Positions 22,391 to 34,590 of a stretch of 64,000 bases of DNA are shown here, piece after piece; the first letter of the stretch is position 1, and the number at the start of each line of letters is the position of its first letter. The stretch lies in assembly GCA_965603825.1 (NCBI GenBank), contig CBFDEM010000063.1:434001-498000 (forward strand), in the 5' to 3' direction. Made by a program: the position numbers and the translations under genes. Below the pieces are notes generated by a model that saw nothing but the letters and a program-made list of their open reading frames with translations, had not been told where the DNA came from and made no database searches. Origin of the DNA: Blepharisma stoltei ATCC 30299 (taxonomy: Eukaryota; Protista; Ciliophora).

Positions 22391-23383
22391 ATTAGTGTTT
22401 ATAATGCCAGTAATAACTGGAATCCTTAATAAGGTTTACGACTATTTTTGCCTTGCGATAAAAATACAAAGCTTCTTGAAGTTTTAAGTTTTTTAACAAA
22501 TAAAGTCGAAGTAATATAGATCTAGCTTACGCCGCAAGTCAACAGCACAAAAGAAAAAAAGTTCCTGAAGCCAATGGAGATAAGGATAATTTCTCATCCA
22601 AAAGAGATCAAAAATCAAATTAATAAATTTTTAGCTTATTTAATCATGAAATTTATATTGGCTAAAAATAAATAATCAGATAAGTTATTAAACGTTACTT
22701 TTATCTAAGTTATAAAATGCCTGAAGTTTTATTTAGAAAAATTCAAAGATGGCCTCATAATCTCCCAAAACGTTTCAGTGAATAAATTAATCAGTAATCA
22801 ATTAAATATTTAAATTTGAAGGATTAAAAAGATTAAGTAACAAAATTATTTAGAAACTTAGCTCTTTAATGTCTTGTAGATAAATGATTAGCAACTGGGG
22901 AATTTTAATCAATCGATTTTAAAGAAAGTCATGACATTAATAAGGTCTTTTTATATTTTATTATCTTTTTATGCTTAAACTAACATAAGTGCAATATTAA
23001 ATTTAGATATTATCACAATTATAAATTTATAAACGCTGATTTTTATGGAAAAAAATTCTATTATCACATTATTTTCAAATTTGTAATCATATCACGAAGA
23101 TTCCTTTCACCTTTATTATTATTAATTCATATTTAAACTCTTTTAAATAAGAATGAATGTTTATATGAGATACTCTCAATTATTTTACTTATAATTTGGC
23201 TTCATTAAAAATAATACTATTGTTTACAAAAATACGTAAGTATTATAATATACCCTAAGTATCTTTAGAAAATATATTAAATAAACTTTTCCAATCCAAT
23301 ATGCTATAAATCTTCAAAATTAATATTAAACACAAATTCCATATTCAGTTAATTATAAAATCGAATAACTTCTTTCAAAATAT

Positions 23384-24487
23384 ATGGGAAGCTGCAATTT
23401 TAAATCAGAGGACGCAGATCCAACAGTTTCAATTTCAAAAACTCACTTCCAATTTCACTATGTAATCGGAAAAGGAGGCTTTGGCAAAGTTTGAAAAGTC
23501 GAGCTCAAAAAGACACGAGAAATTTTTGCTATGAAAGAAATGTCAAAAGCCAGAATTCTTGCCAAAAAAAGTGTTAATTCAGTTTTAAATGAACGGCAGC
23601 TATTAGCGACACTTAAACATATGTTTATAGTGAATATGCAATATGCATTTCAAGACAAAGAAAATATTTATCTTGTTATGGACCTTATGCCTGGAGGAGA
23701 TCTTAGATATCATTTAGGACGGCAAAAAAAGTTTACTGAAGAACAAAGCAAATTTTTTATAGCTTGTATTTTAACTGCCTTGGAATATTTACATAACAAT
23801 GGAATATTGCATAGAGACGTGAAGCCAGAAAATTTGGTTTTAGACGAAAAAGGGTATGTAAGATTAACTGATTTTGGAATCGCAAGAGTTTGGAACCCAG
23901 AAAACGCCAAAGATACAAGTGGAACCCCAGGCTATATGGCTCCAGAGGTTATGTGCCGTCAAAATCATGGGGTGGCTGCTGACTATTTTGCTTTAGGAAT
24001 CATTGCTTATGAGCTCATGAACGGTACAAGACCATATCAAGGCAAAGCCCGAAAACAAGTCAGAGAGCAGATTTTAGCTAAACAAATCCAAATAAAGCAA
24101 GATGAAATCCCCGAAGATTGGTCTATAGAAGCTGCCGATTTTGTAAATAGGGTAAGAACTATTTAGCTTATACAAAGAAAGCCTGTTAATAGGTTAGGGT
24201 TGAATGGGCCAGAAGAAGTAAAAAATCATCCATGGTTCAGAGATTTTGACTGAAAAAAGTTAACTGACAGAAGGATGGAGTCACCATTTGTTCCCAGTCA
24301 AAATGACGATAATTTTGATTTAAGGCTTCATCTTACAGATGATCCTTGGAAAGACGCTGAAAGTGAAGCTTATCAGCAAAGTGCAGACTTGTTAAGAAAT
24401 TCTTCATCACAAGCACTTTTTGCTGGATATTTCTATGATATCAGCCAGCAAAATGCTGGGTCAGAAAGCGAATCTACGAGAAATTAA
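23384..24487 (+). CDS. AGC-group Ser/Thr kinase, probably N-acylated (one 15-nt intron, two UGA-Trp)
   Basis: MGSC start; IGKGGFGKV-TGA-KV; HRDVKPEN; DFG; GTPGYMAPE. After intron 24152-24166: RLG.NGPEEVKNHPWFRDFD-TGA-KKL....SPFVP (AGC C-tail). Confidence 0.93.
24152..24166 (+). other. 15-nt intron gtaagaactatttag
   Basis: Removal restores NR-LIQRKP; the terminal TAG is an in-frame stop. Confidence 0.92.
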
Positions 24488-24731
24488 TATAAATAAAAAG
24501 TTTTTATATTATCAAAACTCATAAATCTTAATTTTTCATTACCCATCAATATAAAAAATTTATTTCAAGAAAAAACAATAGGTTTTCTACAGTTAAAAAT
24601 CATAAAATCATTTCTATTTATAATCTGTAACGTAATTTTTACTATATAAATCGACTTCTTATTATAGCTTGCTTTCTTTATCTGCCCATTTTATCATTAT
24701 GTCTTATGGCTTCTAAATAAACTAAATAAAA

Positions 24732-25862
24732 ATGTTGCGCAGAGTCCTTACTCGATTATTTACGACCGCAGAAGAAGCACCTTTACTTATTTCAGATCAC
24801 AGCTTTGTATCTCAAGTAAAACTTTACAAACCAAAGGCATTAAATTCTCTTGATTTAGAGATGATATCCCTATTAGAGCAAGCCATTATCAACTTTCACA
24901 AAGATCCAGAAAATAAAGCATGTCTATTTTTAGGCTCTGGTAAAGCATTTTGTGCTGGTGGAGATATAAGGGCTTTGTATATGGCTAAACAATCAGAAGA
25001 AAATGCTTATATTCTTTCAGAATTCTTCAAGCGAGAGTATATAGTTGATTACGCTCTAGCAAAACTTAACCAAATCCAAATATGCATTTATGACGGAATT
25101 GTTATGGGAGGAGGGGTAGGAATTTCGATCCATGCTCCTATTAGAATAGCGACTGAGAACTCAGTATTTGCAATGCCGGAAAGTGGGATTGGATTTTTCC
25201 CTGATGTCGGTGGAAGCTACTTTTTGCCAAGGCTGGAAGGAAGCTTAGGGGTTTATTTAGGAGTTACTGGGAGTAGATTAGCAGGCCACCAACTTGTCCA
25301 GACAGGAATAGCCACTCATTTTGTTTCAAAAGACAAAATCAGTGCTTTGCGAGATGCCTTAATCAGAGACATCAATTCTAACACAAAACTTGAAGACATC
25401 CAGCAAATTGTCGAAAGCTTCAGTGACAAGCCACAAGAGCCCTTCACAGAACTTGAAGACATTGAAAGATGCTTTAACGGCGCCAATTCAGTTGAGCACA
25501 TTTATAAAAAACTAGAAGAAGATAGCACTGATTGGGCCCAGAAAAAGTTAAAACGCTTGGAGCTGCTTAGTCCTTTATCACAAAAGGTGATTTTTGAGCA
25601 AGTAAAAAGAGGGAAAAATTTATCTTTAGAAGACTGTTTTGCAATGGAATATAGACTTTCGCAACAGTTTATGGCAGGGAAGGAATTTTTCGAGGGGGTG
25701 AGGTCAACTATTATAGATAAAGATAAAAGTCCTGTATGGGAGTATAAAAATGTATTTGAAGTCCCTCAAGAAGCAGTTTTTAGGCACTTTGAAAAAATTA
25801 CCCCTGATTCGCCGGATTTAGATGTCAAAATAGAGCGGGAAGAACTTTTAAAGAGGCCTTAA
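24732..25862 (+). CDS. HIBCH: 3-hydroxyisobutyryl-CoA hydrolase, mitochondrial
   Basis: Presequence MLRRVLTRLF; KALNSL, AFCAGGDIR, GIVMGGGVG, FAMPESGIGFFPDVG and FFEGVRS..IDKDKSP.W. Confidence 0.95.
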   Translation: MLRRVLTRLFTTAEEAPLLISDHSFVSQVKLYKPKALNSLDLEMISLLEQAIINFHKDPENKACLFLGSGKAFCAGGDIRALYMAKQSEENAYILSEFFKREYIVDYALAKLNQIQICIYDGIVMGGGVGISIHAPIRIATENSVFAMPESGIGFFPDVGGSYFLPRLEGSLGVYLGVTGSRLAGHQLVQTGIATHFVSKDKISALRDALIRDINSNTKLEDIQQIVESFSDKPQEPFTELEDIERCFNGANSVEHIYKKLEEDSTDWAQKKLKRLELLSPLSQKVIFEQVKRGKNLSLEDCFAMEYRLSQQFMAGKEFFEGVRSTIIDKDKSPVWEYKNVFEVPQEAVFRHFEKITPDSPDLDVKIEREELLKRP

Positions 25863-26391
25863 ATTTCTAGTAAAATAATCATTCAAATCACTAGTATAAA
25901 TCATGCAAAATAAAAAACTTAAACTTAATCAGACAATTAATATGGAGTGGATGGAATATTATCTAATAAAATGGGCCAAAAGCTATCTTTCACAATCCAG
26001 GTTTGCTATACCAAAAAATTGTTATAGAATTCTTATTTGCGCTATTTTTCATCAGAAATTCTAAAAAAAAATTTAAAATTTTTTAAGTTAATTTAAAGTT
26101 TCACATGGGTTTTCGATTTTCTTCGAGCATTTTCGTTTTTTCAAATTTCTATGGGTTTTAAATCAAAATTAAACCCTTTTCTGGAAATTTTGAAATCTTT
26201 TTCGGATTTCATTAGCAAGCGTTTTACCATGGTTTTAAACAATCTAATTGGAGAATATAATTATTTAATATCACTAAGTTGAATAGAGCATCTTAATTTT
26301 TACTCTAAGCCTCTAACCTAATCATTGCTATTACCTTTTGGTTTTCCATAATGGGAATTATTGTATTTTTTGCGACCAATAATTCACCATT

Positions 26392-27792
26392 ATGTCGAAC
26401 ACTAAAATCACTGTACCAGCAATTTCCACAACAAATCAGGCTGAGGAACAAAAAATCGAGGTTTTAGAGCAGGCAGCCGAAAAATGTGCTGACATGGGCA
26501 ATTTTTCAAAGGCGTGCCAAGTCTATGAACGAATTGTCCAGATAAAGCCATCCTACGAAAAGGGGTGAACTTCGTTAGGGCATTGCTACTATATAGCACA
26601 AGACTACAGAAAATGCTATTTCGCCTACCAAAGAGCCTTAACCATCCCAAGAGGCAACTCAAATCCTCAGTTATGGTATGGATTAGGTCTTCTTTACCTA
26701 AGATTCTCCTCCCATAATTATGCTGAGATGGCGTTTCATGAAGCTTTAAAATGTGACCCGAATTTCGAGCAAAAACAAACAATTTTGCTCAAATTGGGAG
26801 TTATCTCTAAGCAAGCGCTTAAATATGAAGACGCTATTGGTCTATTTAAAAACTGTATTCAATGTGATAGCGAGGCTATAAGTATAGTAACACAAGCTTA
26901 TTGCTGTATGGGATTTTGCTACCATCAGCTTAAGCGCTTTGGAGAGTCCTTGTCATCTTATAGGCATGCTGTGTCTATCGAGCCTAATCGGTACACATTA
27001 GCATGCTTAGGATGGGAATTATATATTTTGGGACATTACGAAGAAGCTCACCAATGCTTGGAGTTAGCACTTGATGCTGAAGACCAAAACCAGAAATATT
27101 TAGATAAACTTTATTATATGTTAGCTATGTCGCACCTTCAAAAAAATAGCATTCAAAATTCATCAGAATTTTTTGAGAAAATTTTAAAAAATAATCAGAA
27201 TGATTTCCATGCTTGCTGCAGCTATGGAATTTTACTGGCAAAAGAAGGCAAAAATGCCGAAGCTCTGCAGATACTTTTAAAAGCTGATCAAGCGTCCGTT
27301 AAAGGTGAGTTTTGGATAAACGTCGGAATTTTGTATGAGCAATCTAAACAGAATGATGATGCAATTCAAGCTTATCAAAGAGCCTTAGCAATAAAATCAT
27401 ATGAGCTTATAGCCCAGGAAAGAATCAATGAAATTGGTTCTGGCGCGTGCAAGCTCAGCATGATGATCCACCCGCAATTCGACCCGACAGAATTTTCTGC
27501 CTCTAAGCCTTCGCCAAATATATCGAGAAACAAAGATTTTGCGTTTGGACCTCCTCCGGAACTTTTTGCGATGCATATGATGAGTTTTTACCAAGGATTC
27601 ATGAATTTTATCCACAATGCCAGAAATAATTTGCCGCCTGTAGAGCAAAATCAGTCGAAACAAGGAGGGAAGCCAGAAGGGAACCATGATGAAGTGCAAG
27701 CCGCAGAAATTTTGACAGGCTTAAATATCGAAAAATCGGAAAGAACAGAGGATATCGGAAGTAAAGGTAGAAAAAGAAGAAAAGTAAATTAG
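26392..27792 (+). CDS. Cyc8/Ssn6-like TPR corepressor, 466 aa
   Basis: Extended upstream through TGA 26566: W-TSLGHCY...AYQRAL...PQLWYGLGLLY....YAEMAF..AL..DPNFE and FWINVGILYEQ..Q.DDAIQAYQRAL resemble Cyc8 TPRs. C-terminal basic cluster KGRKRRK. Confidence 0.8.
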
Positions 27793-27803
27793 AAGAGTGG
27801 ATA

Positions 27804-27886
27804 ATTATAAATATAAAATATTATATATTTTAATATTTGCTATGATTATAAATATAAAATACCATATATTTTTAATATTTGCTATG
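27804..27886 (+). repeat. Tandem duplication of ~41-42 nt just downstream of the Cyc8-like stop
   Basis: attataaatataaaata(tt/cc)atatatttt(t)aatatttgctatg occurs twice (27804-27844, 27845-27886). Confidence 0.85.
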
Positions 27887-28712
27887 CTATTACTATAATA
27901 TCATTATATTAAAATTATTAATTTTAGAGATTCTTTTAAAATTGTAAGGTTTCATTTTAAATTATATAAACACTTTCTTATTTACTTATAAAATTTTTTT
28001 ATATAAGTATCAAACTTTTAACTACTCATATATAGATTTAATAATTTCAGCAATATTAGAAATTAATAGAGTAATAAATCATGCTTTTATTTTAGAAAAA
28101 TTTTGAAGATTTGATTATGATATAAATTAATCAATTTAAGACTAGAAAACTGTTTATTTCTGCTCTGCTTTATTTATGATAAAATAGAGTTTTATCAATA
28201 CAAAAATAAAATTGGAGATTTCATTGCATTAGTTTAGTTTATTGTCTCTTTTTCATTCACCTTCAGGGCTTTAATGAGCCAATCCCATTTCTTTGGATTT
28301 GCACATTTATCTGGTAAGCCTCTTCAATGTACACGTCTCCCCCTATTCTGCTCTCCCAGCTCAGTTTTATGCCTTTAATCCAATCTCTCTTAATGTTCCA
28401 TCTTTCATTGCTGGAGGTTAGTGCACACTTTAAAGAAAATTCGGAGTCCTTAAGAGCAGGAGGCCAATGCTGCAATACTTAAATCTGTTATATCTGGCTC
28501 AATTTACTGGTGAAACAAAACCACGCCATCAAATTATTTGGGTGTGTAGAAATATTAAAATTCCATATTTTGATATGAAATTAAGATTTCAATCCCTTTT
28601 AGCGTCAAAATTAGAATGATAGAATATTTTAATATTTTTACTTTTATAATTAAGAAATTTAACTTTTTAATGATAATTAAATTTCAAACTCAAAAATCTT
28701 GATATATGATTG

Positions 28713-29068
28713 TTTTAAAATTTTAAAAATATAATAATTGATAAGGAATATTAAGAAATAGATAATTAATCATGATATTTGCAGAAAATGCGAGATCTTA
28801 AGACAAAATTTTTCATTTTTGATGCATAGTTATGGAAACTTTTTCTGCCAAAGTTATAATATGTCGATTAAGTGCTAATAATTTTAAATTTTAAAAATTT
28901 AATAATTGATTAGGTATATGAAGGCTTAGATAATTAATCCCAAGACTTGCAGAAAATTCTAGCTTCAAAACAAACGTAAAATTGTTGCCAAAGCATTTAT
29001 TTCATTTTTGATGAACAATTTAGGAAATCCTCAAAGCCAAAATTAATATGTCTATTAAGTATTAATAA
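28713..29068 (+). repeat. Diverged tandem repeat, two units (~169 and ~187 nt)
   Basis: Shared blocks in the same order: ttttaaaaat.taataattgat, tagataattaatc, ttgcagaaaat, tttcatttttgatg, ggaaa, gccaaa, taatatgtc.attaagt..taataa. Confidence 0.75.
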
Positions 29069-29345
29069 AAAACCAATCCACGGCCTATATTTCTCTAATT
29101 CCAAAGATCATGCATCCCTCAATTTTCCCAAAACAAAAAGAAATGTCTGATATTCCTACAATCACCTTCAAGCCTATCAACAGTTTACTATTTTTTATTA
29201 TTTTACCAAAATTTTAATTATCCACAAAAATCTGAATTTAGGACCATTTTCAACTTTTGCTTAAAAAGTCGCCAACTTTCTGTATATTAGCATAGATATT
29301 TATGTAAAATTTTTAATATTTCTCCACCTTGTTGTTAACTTTAAA

Positions 29346-32300
29346 ATGGCCAAAAAGCAGCGAATAATTGCGAGCCTTCTTCTGTGCCTAGGGATATTTT
29401 TTATTCTTTGTGGTGCTATTTTGCCTATCATATTGTATTCTCTCATAGAGGATCAAGTAAACGAAGGAGTCAAATTAACTGACAGAAGCAAATGGAAACT
29501 ATGAGGAGAACTTCCAGGAACTTTAGATGTCATAATGCTTCACGAGTATCACTTTTTTAACGTTGAAAATCCTGATGAAGTGCTTTATTCAGGAGCAGTG
29601 CCTATAATTACTGAGAAAAACGGGTATATTTATCAAGAATTAGACACATGGCTTGATATAGAATATTCAGATAATGATGGGACCGATAAATCGTGGGTGC
29701 ATTTCTTCAACTATTGCAGACTAGACCTTACTGATCACTGTGTATGAAGAAACAACACCCACCCTTCAGATAAAATCATGCAGATTAGTGCTGGCTCTTT
29801 TGGTGCTTGGGATACAATGAAGCACAGCTCTGCTCAAGTTCTTGTACTTCCTGTTCTTTACAACGTAATTTTAGGCTTCAATGGTGCTTTAGCATTAGCA
29901 GCCTACTCACAAGGAGTCGCTACATTTATCCCAAATTATAATTTAGCAAAAATCCTTATTTATGATGAAGCAAAAATTGACGAAGAATTAGGACAATCTT
30001 TATTCAATGATGCCAGGTTTGGGATGGGAAAATGGCAAACGCTACAAGTTTGGGTCTCTGCGCTACAAGAAAACACAGAAAATGGGGAGTTTGTGAAACC
30101 TATCCCGCTAGCAGGGTCTCTCTATGTACTTCAACAATATTTTGGGCTGACTGATGAACAAATAAATTCCATTTTCAATGGAAATTTCAAGATAATTTAT
30201 GATACGAATTTATTGATTCTACTAAATAGCTATGGTTGCGAAGGGAATTCTGAATGTGACCCTGCCTATTTAGGAGCTCTTCAATGGTCACAGTCTTTAG
30301 TTACCAATGAACCGCCAGCAGGAAAACCTTCTCAAGGTCTTTCTATAGTAAGCTCTAATAGCTCTTTATATGGATATCCAGAAATCAACTATTTTATAAG
30401 CGCAACTAGCATTGGGAGCAAATATCCTAATGTTTCGTTCACAGTTGAGGACTATTTTAGTCTTTTTTATTATGATAGAGTCACAGGATGGCCTAAATGG
30501 AGCAATTATACCTTACTAGACGTAGGGCATATGAACCACTTTTGGGAGCTAGGCCAAGCTGGGAATTTTAATCAAATTGCTCATGATTTTAATTTGGCGT
30601 CAGCTGACCATGCTAGGGTGCTATGGGATTATATCAATGCTCTTTTTTCTTATACTGGGCTGCAAGGATGCATTGACCAGAATATTTATAATAAAGACAA
30701 CAGAGGGATTGCAAGCGAAATCAGCTTAGGAAATATAGGAAGTCAAGGTATCTATCAAATCTGAATGAGCCTCGCAGATGCTTTACCGATCACAATATCT
30801 TCAATTTATAACTATTTACGGTTAGAATTCCAGCTTAATCAGACATGTGAAGGAATAGTTGAAGAAAGTCTTCCAAACTCAGGCTATATCTGCAATATCC
30901 CAGACCTAAAATGGGGAAATGACACAGAAACAATGATTCCTTGGATTTTAACCTATTGAAATGGAATTTATTCAGATTATGGTTTAGAATTCCAAAACCT
31001 CACAAGACTATCTGACGAAGATATGGAAACTTTATTTGTAAACTCCCCATTGACTAACTATTTTTCTTTATTTGATAATGAGCTGAAAGCTCATTATGGC
31101 TGCATGAACGCTGGCCAGAGGTGTTTTGACTGGGATTTAGCTGCCAAACAATGGGGAAGAGCTTATGTCACTGAAAATTTACCAGAAATTTTCAAAATTT
31201 TTGGAATTGAGAATACGACGTCAATTTATTATTTATCGAAAAAATTCCAAACGCTAATGCCAGCTCCTCCTGAGTATTATGCCTATTTAAAAAATTTTAA
31301 TATAAGTCAAGAAGGGCTTACAGATGAACAAATTAATAATGCTTTAACCTTTGACAGGCTTCTTGGAAGCTCTCCTCTTCAGAATTTTTTTATTTTAGAT
31401 TTCCAAGGAAATTACAGTCAAATGTCTGAAGACTATATGATGGAAAATCCATTAGATTTAATAAATTATGTCAGATTTGCAATAGACAAATTTGTATTTG
31501 GCGGCATGTTCAGAGAAAAAACAGTTGAGCAGCTACTATGGACTGATTATGATCCTTTTCTTGCCAAAATCCAACAAACGAACCCTTTGCTAGGAGGAAT
31601 GCCTGCAATTAACCCAACCCAAATTCAGCTCGGCCAAAATCAAACCCGAGAAATGTATGAATATATTCCTAAACAATTCAGACATGCCCTAAATACAGGT
31701 GCCAAAGATCTAGACGAGGTAAGATTTTACCGCTTATATAACGGTGTGAATTATATAAGCCTTCTTCAACCTTATTATTTTGGAGAAAGTCCATGGGGAT
31801 CTGTAATAGACTGGGCTAATATTAATCCTTGGGCTGAGTTAGTGCCGATAAGCGGCAGTGATTCATGGAATTTCCAGCCTTGGCTCACTGAGGATTCTGA
31901 AATAAAATTTTATTTGTATCAGGCCTCGCTAGTATTGGAAGGAGAATATGTAGGGAAAAGTGATTATAGAGGCTTTGATTGTTTGAAGTACAGAATTAGC
32001 CCGAATAATTTGAAAAATGCTACACAGATGCCATCACAGGCAAGATTTTATCAATTCGGGCCTGAAGGACTTTTTAATATATCAAGTGTGATGGGAGGGC
32101 CAATATTTGGAAGCAAGCCTTATTTCCTTGGAGCTGACCCAGTACTTAATAATCTTGTTCAGTATACAAGGCCGGAATTAAATTATCCAAAAGAATATGA
32201 ATCATATTTAAATCTAGAACCTTATACAGGCAGCGTTTTTTATGTCACTGAGCAGCTTATGTTCAGCTCAGAGCTCAAACCTGACGCTTTGTACCCAAAT

Positions 32301-32597
32301 CTTGGAAAAATGAGCATGGACAACACTGGATACCGCACCTATCTCCCTCTATTTTTCCTAGTAAGAACTGAAGAATTCGACCAAAGCACTGTTGATAAAC
32401 AATTTGGGGCTTTAAAAACTGGCTTTTTAGTGATGAAAATAATCCAAATTCTTGGATATTCCCTTGGAAGCATTTTTATAGTAGCATTTGGGCTTTATTT
32501 ATTAAGGCTAAGAATTACAGCAAAAAGAGCTGCAAAAGGGTTGTTAACAGAGAATTCAGAAGATTCAGGAAATAGCTTATATAGAGGGCTTAATTAA
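29346..32597 (+). CDS. Very large CD36/LIMP-2 (scavenger receptor class B) family protein, 1083 aa
   Basis: One frame through TGA 29502, 29745, 30762 and 30957. N-terminal TM, YHFFNVENPDEVL..G..P...E...Y.Y.E, later G.F...TVEQLLW..YDPFL, ISGSD, GLFNIS....PIFGSKPYFL.AD and LNLEPYTG, then a C-terminal TM. Confidence 0.88.
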
Positions 32598-32600
32598 TGT

Positions 32601-33686
32601 TTATTTAGTAAGTAACTCTTCTATTGTTTTAATCACAAATTTGTTTCTGAATCTTGCACAGCCATGAAAATGAGGCTGCATTATGCCACAGCTGATAAGC
32701 TCCTTAGCGATTTCTGTATTAGAATAAATATCGCCTAAAGGGTTTGCAGGTTTAACAGTCATTAAAGCTGCAAAAATTCCTGTAGCGAGCTCTGCCTTTT
32801 TTGCTAAAATATGATTTATATTATCTTCAATGATTTTTTTTGCGTTTTTAAGGTAATCCTCAGCTTTTTCATTTTTATTCATCATATCATATGCAAAGTC
32901 AAAGCTTGAGCCTATTTCTTCATATAGTCTGCTTAATTGATTTCTATCAAAATTCGGATGACTTGCTAGGCTTGCTAAAAAATCTTCTTTGTCCATAGGC
33001 GAAAGCTCATGAAATTCGATATTTTTCACTAAATTGAAATTACGTTGTTTTAGTATGTTAGAAGTGTCAATGTTTTCGATCGAAATTAATATGTGTGCTT
33101 TATTTAGTATTCTTTGTAAAAATTTTAAGACCGCTATTCTCATTACAGGCTGGAATTTGTCAAACCCGTCTATTATTAAAAGAGTTTTTTCTGGGTCAAC
33201 TGAATATAATGTGGCATAAATGCTGTCAAAAAAGAATTTATAATTGTTTTCACCTATATAAAATTTACTGAGTTTTTGGTTTCATGGGTATTGGTTTAAT
33301 GTTTCTTCCAGGTTATCCTTGACATCTATCCTTAAGGTATTTTTTCAGAAATCACGGCTTTGGATATCGCTTATAATTGAAGTTTTTCCACTTAAGGGAG
33401 GTCCACAGATCACAACAATATTTTCTTTAAGTTTAATAAAAATTTCTTCCACATCTCTGGTACGTTTTACCCCAGAAAATTGTTTACGCTGTGTTAAAAT
33501 TTCTTGAAGTACTTTATTTCTTTCGATTTTTACTGCTGGAGAGTCTTTTAAATAAGTATAAATAGGATATGATAGCACAGCTGCACTAAAAATCCCAAAA
33601 ATAGTAATGTTGCTGAGTTTTCGCTCTTGGCTAGTAATATCTTGTTGTGCAAATTTAAAAAATGCTCTTTTGATTACTCTGAACAT
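32601..33686 (-). CDS. Probable mitochondrial membrane-anchored P-loop NTPase-like protein (~356-361 aa)
   Basis: Presequence-like MFRVIKRAFFKF, one TM, Walker A GPPLSGKTS and Walker B LLIIDGFD. Joined through TGA 33345 and 33282. Confidence 0.75.
33254..33268 (-). other. Candidate stop-less 15-nt intron gtaaattttatatag
   Basis: Matches the window's intron consensus (GTA, T9-A10, TAG), but the frame is open with or without it. Confidence 0.65.
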
Positions 33687-34432
33687 ATTTAGTAACTAAT
33701 CCATAATACCTCTGTTTAATTGTAATTGGAATAAATTCATGCTCAATTAACTAATAATTATTAATTAAAATTTTCTTTTTGAATCTGCTTTTACGGCTTA
33801 GAAATTTCTTAATTTTTCGAATTCTTCAATATCTATCATATAGATTTTCTTCAGGAATTGCAGCATATAAATTATTTTGTGATCTTAAAATTTTTGATTT
33901 AGGCTCAAATTTCTTATAAACACAATTCAGATCCTTAGCAATAATTATTAATAAGGATTGAGTGATGAGATAAGTATCGGATAATGAAGTAGCTTTATGT
34001 ATATGAAATTCATTTAATTTTTCAATTTGAAAATTTATAATAATTAAGTGACTATTTTTGTTGTAAAATAAGGCTATATCTATTCATATAAGAAATAAGT
34101 AAAAAACAGTGTAATATTGTAGGGAAATACTCCAAAAATTATAAGTTTTCATTGATTCTTACTCGATTTAGCTATTTGCTTATTATGCTTAATTTGAATG
34201 TAAAATACCTGGATGCTTTAATAAGCTTGATTAATTTGAAGCTTGATTATGTTTTTTGTAATACAAATTTCATTTTGAATTTAAAAATATTTGATTTTTA
34301 GATTATTCAATAAATTTATTAGTTTTGAAATTTTTGATAATAAATAAAAATTATTTTTTGCCTTTTGAGCTTGAATATAATAATTATTTGTAAATTATAT
34401 AAAATTTCAACAATCTAATAATAGGCAAAAAA

Positions 34433-34513
34433 CGACAACAGCAGGATTCGAACCTGCGCGGGAGAACCCAACAGATTTCGAGTCTGACGCCTTAACCACT
34501 CGGCCATGTTGTC
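34433..34513 (-). tRNA. tRNA-Ser (anticodon CGA)
   Basis: GACAACA/TGTTGTC acceptor stem, D-arm TGGCCGAGTGGTTAAGGC, anticodon loop CT-CGA-AA, long variable arm, GGTTCGAATCC T-loop, G discriminator, then a T6 Pol III terminator. Confidence 0.97.
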
Positions 34514-34590
34514 AATCTGCATCTTATCCAAGAATTCTCTTTATATTTTATGATTTTTATTATTTATTTATTTGCTATTAATTGCTTAAG

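Noticed and set aside
26100-26245. Repeated atgg(g)tttt and T-rich tracts upstream of the Cyc8-like gene
   Set aside because: Short low-complexity matches in AT-rich DNA with no regular period.
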